Origin: Negaprion brevirostris
Lineage: Eukaryota
Assembly: GCA_030324005.1 (NCBI GenBank)
Contig: JARDVH010000124.1
Location: 34,120,580-34,184,579, forward strand
Length of the DNA: 64,000 bases
Direction: 5' to 3'
A program made the translations under genes and the position numbers. The notes below the pieces were generated by a model, which did not search any database, was not told the origin of the DNA, and saw only the letters and a list, made by a program, of their open reading frames with translations. Below are positions 52,701-64,000 of the stretch, piece after piece; the first letter of the stretch is position 1; every line of letters begins with the position of its first letter.

Positions 52701-53170
52701 AAAGCTGGGCTCAGATGGTTCCAGCAGAAAGGTGCAGCAACTTTGAATTGGAAGAATCTTTGATCACAGTGGCAATCCAATGATCATTGCCATTCCTCAG
52801 AAGACCTGGATCACAGTGACTGCAAAAGCAGCTCACAGGTTAGGCATTCTGTGGTAAATAACTCACATCCTGATTTCCCAAAACCTGTGCACCATCTACA
52901 AGGCACTGGTCAGGAATCCACTTGCCTAGATGAGTGCAGTTCTGACAACACTCAACAAAAATCAACACAATGCAACCTGCATGCTCGGCACCCCATCCAC
53001 CACCTTAAGCATTCACTCACTCCACTATTGATACACAAGATGCCCTGTAGAAACTCAAAAGCTTCTTTTGTAACCACCTTCCAAATCTGCAAACTACCTC
53101 TAAATGCAATTAGGAATGGATAACAAATGCTGACGGTGAGTGAGGCCCATAGCCCATGTACAAAAAAAAA
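49735..53170 (+). mobile_element. Near full-length, highly decayed LINE (SINE-like head, endonuclease, RT, tail) with nested inserts
   Basis: SINE-like head at 49735-50000, LLLITTYSPPLS, LANYCHISLFSIISKV, ITAGVPQGSI, QQDLDSIQ, LCTIYKALVR, and tail gcaattaggaatggataacaaatgctg..aaaaaaaa. Confidence 0.7.
51900..52810. mobile_element. Non-autonomous DNA-transposon-like insert with C-rich core (inverted relative at ~61520-62060)
   Basis: It interrupts the LINE frame, and 51985-52170 is homologous to the reverse complement of 61750-61960. Confidence 0.55.
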
Positions 53171-53934
53171 TCCAAACTTTACATAATTTTGAACACAATA
53201 TTTAAGTAAAATGGCTTCAGCAGTGATGACCAATAATGAGATTAATTTAAAGGAATCGCAGTCCTATAGTTTGCAGCCTGCTTCCAATTCCATTAGGATT
53301 GCCCAACTTTGCACTCTTAAAATAGTTGTCTTTTGTGATTAATATATGGAGCTGATCCAGAACCTGCTTTGTGCTTTCTAATAATACATTCCTGGGAAAT
53401 CAGTGGCAACAGCCTATATTATTTTGATAACGCTCGAAGTTTCAATTGAAGGTTTAAAGAAAAGTGCTGAAACAATCTGTGACTATGCAATAATATCTTA
53501 ACACAAACAAACAAAACAAAAAGTGTTACTAATGGGGAAAATCTATATTGTTGTACAAGCTATTAAACATACCCACCTTCCATTTCATTAGCATGTTAAT
53601 CACATATTTAAATAGGATAGATTTTGACCGAGTGTAAAATGGGTGATAGAGAATTGTATCAACTAAACAGATATTAAATTCAGGAGAGATGGAAAACTGG
53701 CTGCTGATTCTCTAATACAATTTTATACAATTGCGCATTGCCAAAATTACCCCCAGTGGGTCTAAATGTTTCCAAAATATAACGTAAGTCAAATAGTTAC
53801 TTCATCTTTCCTCTGGTGCATGCCAACTAGAAAGCTAGCAAAGCAAGAATAAGTTTCAACGCCAAGGCTAGCACACTATTCTGTGGTATTTAAGGTGTGG
53901 GTGACTAATTATTTCCTAGATTCATGCCCATCTT

Positions 53935-55150
53935 TCCAGCAACTTTATATTTGAACCTCTCCACTCAGTTTCCACCCTAACAGAAATGGAACAGCCCTTT
54001 TCAAAGTCAAAAATTGCAATTAGAATGACTGATAACCTTCTAATCCTTCTTGACCTGCTCTCAGTCTTCAACATGGTTGACCACGATTTTCATCTAAGGC
54101 TTCACCTTCATTGTATGGCTGGGTGCAATTGCCTTTAGAGTGGCTCCACTCTTACCTCCCCAGTCATAACCAGAACTTTTGTTTCTGCTCCGATATTATT
54201 ACATCTCGAGTTCCTTTATTGATCTCCAACTTTCCCTCCTCCTATTTCTTGACAGTTCAGTTGCATCATCTGGAAACACGTCAGGTCCCATACGTATACT
54301 AACCTCACCATCACCCCTTTCAATCACTCCATTGCTTTTTAGTTACCAATCATTTCCTCCAACTTAACATTGAAGAGACCAAACCATTGCCCTGATCCCT
54401 TACGCCAGACTCTTTTTCCTGGCCATTGATTCCATCCTCAGACCAGGCCACTGTTTCAGACTGAACCAGGTTTTTTTCACTGTCTCAACTTCTTATTGAT
54501 CCTGATCTCAGCTCTTGAACCTCACGCTCTTCATCATCAAGATCACCTACATCCACTCCTGTAAGATCTCTTGTTATCATTTGCTGCTGAAACCCATATT
54601 TTTGTTTTTGTTACCATGCCAATGTTTTTTGGCCAGCCTCTCCATTTTCCACAAGCTTAAGTTCACCCAGAAGATTTCTGCCAGTTTTATAACTTGCACC
54701 AGGTCCCCATCAATCATCAATCCTGTTCTCATTGATTTATATTGGCTTCTAGTCCGCTAATGGTTCCATTTTAAAATCCTTATCTCCAATCTTCATGACT
54801 TCTCCCCTCCCGAGCTCTATAATTTCCTCTAGTGTTACAATGGCCTGAGAATTTTGCATTCCTCCAGTTGTGGCCTCATGTTCACTTCCACTTCCTTTAT
54901 CCTGTCATTGGCAGTCATACTTTTAGCTGCTTAAGCACCAAGCTCTGGATTTCCCCTTCTTAAACCTCTCTGCTTTGCACCTCACTCTCTTCATTTAAGG
55001 CTCTTCTAAAACCCAACAGTTTGACCAGCTTTCTGGTCACCTGTCATATATCTTGACTTGGTGTCAATTGGTGTTGGACAACATTCCTGCAAAATGCTTT
55101 TGGGGTGTTTACCACACTAAGTGCTGTCAAAATGCAAGTTGTTTTTGTTG
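53935..55150 (+). mobile_element. Old L2 LINE, RT to 3' end
   Basis: Degenerate SFHP..METALFKV and ILLDLLSVFNMVDH motifs; ends aaatgcaagttgtttttgttg. Confidence 0.8.
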
Positions 55151-56635
55151 ATCCTGCCATGTGTAGCAAATGATAGGCTTGTGACTATAACCTGAAAGAG
55201 TGCTTGATGTCTGAGTGCCTGAGACATAACAGCCCAGAATACTGCTTCCCACAGCTGACAACATCACTGAGTGACACATATACAACTGCGAATGCACTTC
55301 ACAATAATGAAACTAGTCATGCCGACGTGATGAGAGACAGGTACTAGCAAAAGATTCATTTGATTTTGCTTGCATCTACATTAGGGTTAATAAACCTGAA
55401 AAACAGATTCATACCTAACAATTCACATTCTTAAGTAAGCAAAAAACTATTAAGACCTTGTTTTCTTCTGATCCAAAAGAGCATAAAAGCCATAATGAGA
55501 AAATTACCCAAATTGGTTAGAAAATCATGTGCAATTGTTATGAACTTTTGTTACATGCTGTTGTTAGCTCAATGGTAGATAGTTACATCTCTGCAAATAA
55601 CTCAATGATAAAAAGGTGCCCTTCTAGTGAAAGAGAAACTCCCAGAGCAGAAAAATATACAGGGATTGTAACTACATAAGGAGGACCAGAAACAAAGGAT
55701 TTTGCCTGACTTGGAACATGCTGAATTTCGAAGAAACAGCAAAAGATCTAAAACTGAGATATCAAGCTGGATAAGTTAAAACCAAATATATTGAACCTGG
55801 ATTTAAAGAAGTCTTGGCATAGACAGCTGTGAAGTGATTTAATTACCTGCCTCCTATTGCTGCCACCGGGAATCAAATATTTTTCACATACTTGTGATGA
55901 CATTCGCTCAATGGGCTGTTGTGTTTTCATACTCCGCTCAGACACAGAGCTGGATTTTTTTCCTGTCACGCTCACCCCAAAACTGGAAAGGCCCACCTGA
56001 GGTCAATGGGCTTTTGCATAGTCATCTGTCCACCCGCTACGATTCCCATAGTGGGAGGGATGGGAAAATACGCATCCCCCCTCTCCCCTCCCCATAGAAA
56101 GTGTAACAGAACACCATCACAAACAGGAAATGTAAAGACCTGGAAATTGCAAACAGTGAGTTGCACCACTTAGCAAATGGAAAGAAATTCCGTGGAGAGG
56201 CATTTGCAGCAGAATTAACTGCAGGTAAGCATGCTGCAAATGTCTCTCCACATCGTTCATACTCACTAACTCTTTTCTGCCCATCACAGCTGATCCTGTC
56301 AATAGCCGAGTTCTACCATTCTCAATCCAATACGAAAATCATCAAGAGCTGTTTCCCAAAACTGGGAACAATTGTTAACTCCTTGATGAATTCAATATTG
56401 ATGCTGGAACACGGGAAAGCGCCCGACTGAAAGTTGAAGAACTGTTCCTGGAACTTCTGGTGAGCTTAGCAGAATGGCTAGAAGGTCAAGCACAGAGATC
56501 AGAACGGGGAGCGTGGAGGCACAAGTTTTCCATTTTTATTCATTTTCAGTGGGAATGTGGATACCTCTGGTAAGGCAAGCATTTTTTGCACATTCCTTCT
56601 CGAGAAAGGAACAGTGCACTGCCTTCTTGAACTGC

Positions 56636-56810
56636 GCTAAGAAGTCTGACAACATCAGGTTGAAGTCCAACCAATTTATTTGATAGATAAAATTTATTTG
56701 ATAGTAATAAAAAATAGTAAATTTGAGTTTACTATCAAATAAATCAGTTGGCCTTAAACCTGGTGTTGTCAGACTTCTGTGTTTACCCCAGTCCAACGCC
56801 GGCATCTCCA
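56636..56810 (-). mobile_element. Penelope-derived hairpin with 13-bp TSD, nested in an antisense LINE tail (~56532-57060)
   Basis: TSD cttcttgaactgc at 56623-56635 and 56811-56823; inverted arms ~56640-56686 and ~56732-56778. Confidence 0.82.
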
Positions 56811-57174
56811 CTTCTTGAACTGCTGCAGTCTGTGTAAAGGCACTCCCATTATCCTGTTGGTCAAAAGATCCAGAATTTTGACCCAGTAACAATGAAGGAA
56901 TGGACACCTGCGGAAGTCAGGATGATGTGTGAATTAGAGGTAGCACTATTCTCATAAAGCTGCTACTTTTGTTCTCTTTACTAGTAGGTGTTGCAGAATT
57001 TGGAGGTGAACATGTTGAGGTCTTGGTGAGTTGCTGAAGATCACCTTGTAAATGTAGGTGGTATACACTACTGCCTATCTTTCCATAAATAGTTCATCAC
57101 CAGGATTATCATATATGCTTAGATTGCCTCTATATTGTATGGGTGTTTATCTTTCTTAAAATTTACATAATAAC

Positions 57175-57780
57175 GTAGAGGATAGAAGTAGAAGCAGGCC
57201 ATTTGGCTCTTTGAGCCTGCTCCATCATTCATTATGATCACAGCTAATCATCAAATTCATTATGATCATGGCTGATCATCAAATGCAATATCCTTACCCA
57301 CCTTCCTCCCATATCCCTTGATCCATTTAGCCCCAAGAGCTATATCTCATTTCTTCTTGAAAAATCACACAATATTTTGGCCTCAACTACTTTCTATTGT
57401 AGTTAATTCCACAGATTCACCACTCGATGAAGAAATTTCTCCTCATCTCAGTCCTAAAAGGTTTACCCCTTTTCTTCAAACTCCAACCCCCAGTTTTGGA
57501 CTCTCCCAGCATCAGGAACATTCTTTCTGAATCTACCCTGTTTAATCCTGCTAGAATTTTATACATTTCTATGAGATCCCCTCTCACTCTTCTAGGCTCC
57601 AATGAATACAATTCTAACTGACTTTGCCCTTCCTCATAACAGATCTGACACCCTAGAAATCAGCTTGGTAAACCTTTGCTGCACTCTCTCTATAGCAAGA
57701 GCACCATTCTTCAGATAAGGATACCAAAACCACACACAGTATTCCAGATGTGGCCTTATCAATGTCCTATATAATTTGCC
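57175..57780 (-). mobile_element. CR1 3' portion
   Basis: Encodes LYRTLIRPHLEYCVWFW..ERVQQRFTKLI and YSLEPRRVRGDLIEMYKIL. Confidence 0.92.
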
Positions 57781-58594
57781 CAACTCTGTTTCGTGTTCTG
57801 CTGCTGCTCTATTATGGCATAAAAGGATATATTCAAAAGAAATGTAATACATTCCTGAGAAACCTTTACTATCAGTGGGTAAAATTGTCTGGTGGTCCAA
57901 CATTGATATTCTGCTTCGCATTAATTTTGACAAAAATCATTCTGAAGTGCAGTAAATGTTATCATTTCCTCCAAATCATTCACTCACTAACTCTTCTATT
58001 CTGCCCATCACAGCTGATCCTGGCAAAAGCTTAGTTTTATAATTCTCTTATTTTGAGTATTACAAATGTAAGAGTTGGAAACTTGGAGCTACAGTGCCAC
58101 TGATCCTCAATCCACCATATTTAAATAATCTTTCTTGGTACATGATGACAGACCAGAGGAATAATCAAAAACGCAAAGGGCAGAAGTGGTTTTGTTGCTG
58201 CCCAAAGCTTTCACTTTTTGGAATCAGATGCTGAAACTAAACTGAGGATCAACGTGCAAATTCTAATCTAGTCACTTTACTTGGTTTGTTGCAATTTCTT
58301 ATTGGCCATTTCTTAAGAACCAATCTGGAAACTTCTCACTTGTCCCATTCTTCATATGACATATTTACATCAGATTTTTAACTTCAGATGTAATGTCTCC
58401 ATTCCATATCCCTATGCTAGACATCACAGACTGCTTGTTATTTGTTCACAGTTTAATTACAAGATAGCCATATCACATCAATTCTCCCCAAATCTTATTG
58501 ATTTATGACAATCCCAGTTTAAGGACTCACAATATTGACAGCCAAATATGATCATTGAGCTTAAAGGAAATTGATAGAGATTTTATTTTTCATA

Positions 58595-58962
58595 GACATA
58601 AGAACATAAGAAATAGGAGCAGGAGTAGGCCATCTAGTCCTTGGAGCCTGCCTCGCCATTCAATAAGATCATGGCTGATCTGTCGTGGCTCAGTTCCACA
58701 TTCCAGCCCTCTCCCCATAANNNNNNNNNNNNNNNNNNNNNNNNNNNNNNNNNNNNNNNNNNNNNNNNNNNNNNNNNNNNNNNNNNNNNNNNNNNNNNNN
58801 NNNNNNNNNNNNNNNNNNNNGCCCAGCCTATCTAGATCCTTCTGCAGACTCTCCACACCCTCCGCGCAATTTGCCAATCCACCAATCTTGGTGTCATCCG
58901 CAAATTTCGACACCACACACTCGGTTCCCTCCTTCAGATCATCTATATAAATGGTAAATAGC
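58595..58962 (-). mobile_element. Young CR1 spanning an N-gap
   Basis: Encodes [23 protein letters not shown]; (CATAAGAA)n tail. Confidence 0.92.
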
Positions 58963-61049
58963 CGACATCTTCATAATCAGGAACGTCACATTTAAGCTGC
59001 ATTCCCAATCTGTAAACTTGTTCCTATACAATATTAAGATAACTGACAAGTTCTAATGTAACATTTCAGCCTGATTTTAAGGATTAATGAAAAATACTGC
59101 CAAATCTACTTTTCTTACTGCTTTGTGAATCTTATCTTACTCCAAGGGGACTTTCCAGCTGCAGTATACCAATTTGTCTATTTGTTCTAGTGTATTAACA
59201 CTTCTGGTTCATATTTGCAAGTTGTCAGAATATTTGGGAGGATTAGGTTTGTTGTATTAGTTTTGTGTCATTTCTCCTGAGGTTCTTTTGCTCTCTTGCC
59301 AAATTCACAATTGCAGATCAGGTTAAATTCTTTGGAAATCCAGGAGCTGTACTGAATACAAATCTATGATTCCTTACAATGATGTGAATGTTTTATTAAT
59401 AACTATTTTCATTTAGGAACACAGAAATAAGAATAGGTCAATCAACCCTTGAGCTTGTTCTGCCATTCAATTAGATCATGCTGATGTGTATTTAAGTCTA
59501 TTTCCCTACCTTGGTTCCATATCACTTAACACCCTTACCTCACAAAAACATCTATATCGGTTTTGAAATTTTTTTATTGACTTTGACTCAACAATTTTTC
59601 AGAATGTCTGGATTTCCACTCCTTTGTGCTTTGTACAGTTTTATTATGTGGTTTTAATAACTGAGTTTTCATTTAAATAATTATCCCAGTGAATTTAACC
59701 TTGACATTTTTGTAAGCCATCCACTGAATCATTTAGCATCAAATCAGAAAGTCATAAAATCTGGTCAGAAGACAGATAATTACATATGGCCCACAGTCAA
59801 TTCTACTTATTTGACAGAGTGAAGATTTAATGAAATTAAAATTATTTAATTGAAAATTTTATATGCAAAACAATGGAATAGTTATGAGCAATAGCAGCTA
59901 AATATCTTTTAATAGTCTCATTTAGTCTGATTTAATATTGTTTCTTCAGAAGCTGTATTCTGAAAAATAGGGAAATCCTGAGGGTGAGATGGACATGACT
60001 GTGCTGGAGCACATCCAGCAACAATGGTAAAGACTTCTTGAGAATTTAAAGTGCTGGAATTCTGGTATAGTGGATGGAACAGAAGCTTTGACTTTCTGAT
60101 CGGGCATGAAGTCAATTGGAAGCAGTGCCAGAATATGATTTACATCGACCCCACCCACCCAACACACATTCATTAATGAGGGCTTATCTTGCCATCCCCT
60201 TGGTTTCAGCCTTATTTTACTTGAGTGAGATCCAAGCATTAGAAATATTGCTGACTTTGTTCGTGTATGTTAAGTGGCGGAAAATAACATATTGCTGCAC
60301 TATTAAAGGACTTTCTGCAGCTTATAGGGCCAAACATCAATAGCATAAGGCACAAGAGCAAAGCAATAGTCAGAGTGGGTGATAAAGAATTTGTTAATGC
60401 AGCAGCCAATTTCATGTGGAAGAAAGCAGGAATACAGCAATGGCGACTTTCTAATCTTCCTAACTGTGCAGGACAGCAAATGTAAGCATAATGGCAGCAA
60501 ACTCTTGTCCCTTTACATTTTACAGTGCAATATTCAATCTAAACTGCAATACCATACTACAGCATATGAGCGACATGAACCACGTAGATGCTTTCATCTG
60601 GAATCATTACATTATTTCACTGGAGAGGCTGCATTAAATATCTCCAGGGTGCAGGCTTTGACTGGTGGAATAGGAGACAGAGGGGTCAATTTCTATGGCT
60701 TCAAAGTCCTCTATGGCACAATTTCAAGGCTCAGCAGCATATTGATAAACCTCTTAACACATGGATAAAGGAAAGTCAATAATTCAATTAGGTCTGTGTT
60801 CCTACAGGTTTGTGGCAAGAAATATTTTCTGCTCATGCCTCATGGAACAGTGAGAAGTGACTCCAAGCAGACTGCTCTCAAGGAAGCAACATCAAGAAGG
60901 CTCTCTGCACAGACCTGTCAGATGTCTACAAAGGTAGAAGAAAGTCAGGTTAAGACTGAGGTTATAACAAGCCCACAAAACCTATCGCAAATCCATTTCC
61001 AGGTCTGCAGCCGTGAACAACTCCTCCACTCCAAGATATTTGTAGTCAA

Positions 61050-61448
61050 ATAGCAGGAGTAGGCCATCTAGACCCTTGAGCCTGCCCCGCCATTCAAAAA
61101 GATCATGGCTGATCTGACAGTGGTTCAGTTCCACTTACCCACCTGCTCCCCATAACTCTTAATTCCCTTATTGGTCAAAAATCTGTGACTTAAACAAGAA
61201 GGAATTTCTTCAGCCAAGGAGTGGTGAATCTGTGGAACTCTATGCCACAGAAGTCAGTGGAGGCCAGGTCATTGAGTGACATGACTTTAAGACAGAGATA
61301 GATAGGTTCTTGATTAATAACAGGGTCAGGGGTTATGGGGAAAAGGCAGGAGAATGGGGATGAGAAAAGTATCAGCCATGATTGAATGGTGGAACAGACT
61401 CGATGGACTGAGTGGCCTAATTCTGCTCCTTTGTCTTATGGTCTTATA
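61050..61448. mobile_element. Two CR1 3' ends in opposite orientation
   Basis: Minus-strand UTR at 61050-61195; plus-strand UTR at 61196-61448 ending tcttatggtcttat. Confidence 0.8.
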
Positions 61449-62999
61449 AACAGCAATATGAAACACAACAATTAAAGGCTTTAAGACCTTCTTTGTGGTT
61501 GGCCTATGTTGCACATTTAAATTTAGATTATTGAGAGCTGAGAGGGGTATCTGTATAGGCAGGGGAATGTCTGACAGTTGGGGGATAAGAGTAGTCAGGG
61601 AGAGGGTACTCCAGGGGTTGCAAGGGCAGCAGACTGAAGGATGTGTAGCTGGGTGATCGGGTTAGGCAGAAGTTCAGGGGTAGTCAGCTGGTCAGGGATT
61701 GTTGGGTGATCAGGTAGGATAACTGTTGGGGCTAGAGGGGTCATCTTATAATTCCCCAGGAACTAGAACTGATCTTAATCTTTCAAACCATTCCTGGAAA
61801 CTGGGTAATCCTGAGTAACTAATCTGCTATATAATTCAGAACCATTTCATGTCAACAAGTCCAACTCAGAGTTTTGAAAGATTCCAGATGCAGGGTAAGT
61901 GCCAATGGAAGTTTAAATTCTTGTAAACTCCTGGAATTGGGACTTCCAAGGGATCCCCAGCACATCATCTGGGATTCTTCCAGAGTACAACCATCAAGAG
62001 ACCAGAAGACCTCAGCCCTTGTGACTCAGGGAAAACAATCCACACTTGGTGCATACACTGAAAATTGTGCAAGTTGAGCAAGTGTGCACTCTTGTACTGA
62101 AAACTTCTGAGCTTGTCCACAGCTGAGATTTTTCCATTGCACTGCAGTGAGAGTTTTGCCCGAGCATCAAATTCTCCATTCCCATTGGCAGCAGGGTGGG
62201 AATGGATGAGATCAGAGAATCCCACCCCTTATCTTTCCAAAAGATGGGTAATTATACAGGGCAGATTAAAAATACAAGTTTGAGAAAGTTAAATCAGTAA
62301 ATAAAATAATTCAAATTTACACAATTTCTCCTGATAATTTAAACCATTTTGTGAAATTAAAATGACATTTGAATTCTGAGAGCCGTTACTGAAACTCATC
62401 TTCTTGAAGAAGATTTAATGTAAGCATAAACCTCTACCTATATCATTCTCGTGTGCTGCAGTTGCCCAGAAACAAGTTTGAAGTCACAGAATGGGAGACA
62501 GGGTGAAAGACTACATTAACTTATCCTTGGTCCACATTGGAGATGAAAAGAATCTTCTTTGTACTAAGCAGTTTTCTTTGAAGAAGTCCCAAGTTTCTTT
62601 TTGAACAGGTAAACATGTTTTTAATCAGTTATAGCTTCAAGGCAGACATAACCTGAACATTCACCTTTTGGCAGCTGATTGGTTTGGAATCATAATAAGT
62701 ATCCAACTAATTTGATCACATGCAATCATTATCCAACTCCTCTCACTACAGCAACCTGGAGTAGATTAATATTTCAAAAGCCTTTCTTATATGGCCAAGA
62801 CAAAAAAGCAAAACAAAGTAAACAAATGCTCCTTGAAGCTCAGCATCAGAGTTAAATGGGAACTATGCATTTGCTCACCTGCAGGCCCTCACACCTACAG
62901 AAAGGATAGAGGAAATCTTATCAGAAGCAGAAATGTACTACCTACCATTCAAATGAAAACAATTGGCTCCAAAATCCACAGAACATGATCACAGTGGTA

Positions 63000-63216
63000 T
63001 ATAAAAATATCCTTTCATGGAGCTCATTAGTGAACACCAAATGTATTTAAAAATAAGAATTATACAACAACCTCATAGCCATAACCAACTCCCAAAAACA
63101 TCCCTGCCAGGAGCCTCTTTCACCAAATGGCAGTTCCACTCTCTGAATCCTAATTGGTCACCCAAGCCATGTGACCCTTACTCATCTGTGTTTCCCTTAA
63201 AGGGACAATCACCACA
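63000..63216 (-). mobile_element. 3' LTR of a Gypsy element (distal boundary uncertain)
   Basis: On the minus strand the purine tract caggggagga (63226-63217) is followed directly by TGTGGTGATTGTCCCTTTAAGGG. Confidence 0.65.
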
Positions 63217-64000
63217 TCCTCCCCTGTTAAGTCCTTTTTACAATCGTCAATAACTAATTCACTCAATCTTAAATATTAACTAAAATTTTGTGCATGAGTT
63301 GGACACAAATTGAGTTTTTGAAGGAGTTTTCTGTTCCTTGTGGGGAGCTGTAATTCTGTAGTCTAAGTTGCTTCTACAGGACTGACAGTAACAGGAACTG
63401 CAATAATAGGTACATCTTCTGGCACAGGCAGTTCATTAGTACTTGCTTTTATGGAGACATCAGTTATGTCTGTGACAGGTTGATCAGGTACTTTGGTGAT
63501 TGGAAGTATGTTCACAGGTGGACAGAATTAATATCCAACATTAAATTCTTACTGAAGAAGAATAGGAAGAATCAGTGGAATAGCCTTGTCCTCTCTGAGG
63601 AGACCCAAAAGAAGTTTGTGGTCAGACACAATGCTAAAGTGTGTAGCATGTGGGTACTGCTGGGATCTCTTGACATCAACGTGATTTATTGTCCTTCCTT
63701 CTTGATTTCTGAGTTACCTTTTTTGACCTCTGAAAGAGCTCTTGCCATTTACCCGATTGGCCTTTTAGTGTTATTGTCCATTTCATGGGACAACACTGCA
63801 CCAATACCAGCGGAGATGCTTTGCAGGTCAATATCAGTTCTTTAGTGGGGTAAAGCGTACTAGCTGGTTTGAGGAACGCAGTATTACTTTGCCCTGTTGA
63901 AAGCTTCCTCCTGGGGAGCCTTCCAAGACCAAAGCTAGTGTTTCTTTAGCAGAATATGCAAGGGGGACAATCCTGTCAACAAATTTGCTAAAAAAAAAGT
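63217..64000 (-). mobile_element. Ty3/Gypsy pol remnant (RT connection and RNase H), integrase deleted
   Basis: With frameshifts: LSPLHILLKKH..WSWKAPQEEAF..LILTCKASP-GIGAVLSH..RPIG*MARALS..EIKKEG..HFSIVSDHKLLLGLLREDKAIP..VRI*CWILILS. Confidence 0.9.

Larger units (their letters stand above)
2561..58820. other. Twelve assembly gaps; ten are exactly 100 N (probably placeholders of unknown size)
   Basis: 2561-2660, 5258-5388, 8056-8155, 9625-9724, 14404-14503, 21067-21166, 23855-23954, 28440-28539, 40330-40429, 44622-44721, 50002-50170, 58721-58820. Confidence 0.97.

Noticed and set aside
60796-61053. 85-aa ORF with an upstream acceptor-like cctacag
   Set aside because: No similarity to USP32 or any family I recognise; compatible with chance.

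Overview
This is eukaryotic, repeat-dense, AT-rich DNA from a cartilaginous fish, most likely a shark. The evidence is HE1/V-SINE-type SINEs, shark-type CR1, L2, Rex1 and Tx1 LINEs, Penelope hairpins and PIF/Harbinger remnants. It is a fragmented assembly with 12 N-gaps. The only host coding sequence I recognise is one 103-nt internal exon (26999-27101, + strand) of the deubiquitinase USP32, at the start of the DUSP region, so the rest is probably two long USP32 introns. Nearly all ORFs in the track are transposon debris or noise. Most worth following up: a decayed retroviral env-like frame (410-1150, -); a Penelope-derived palindrome with an 11-bp TSD and a 27-nt insert copied from about 850 bp downstream; three other inverted duplications or fold-backs; a LINE apparently headed by a tRNA-SINE-like module; a two-gene convergent Harbinger fossil; an integrase-deleted Gypsy element with PPT and LTR; and an unexplained two-exon, mini-intron cassette at 56.1-56.5 kb. 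I see no convincing intact novel gene system. All family assignments come from remembered motifs, not database searches, and repeat boundaries are approximate.
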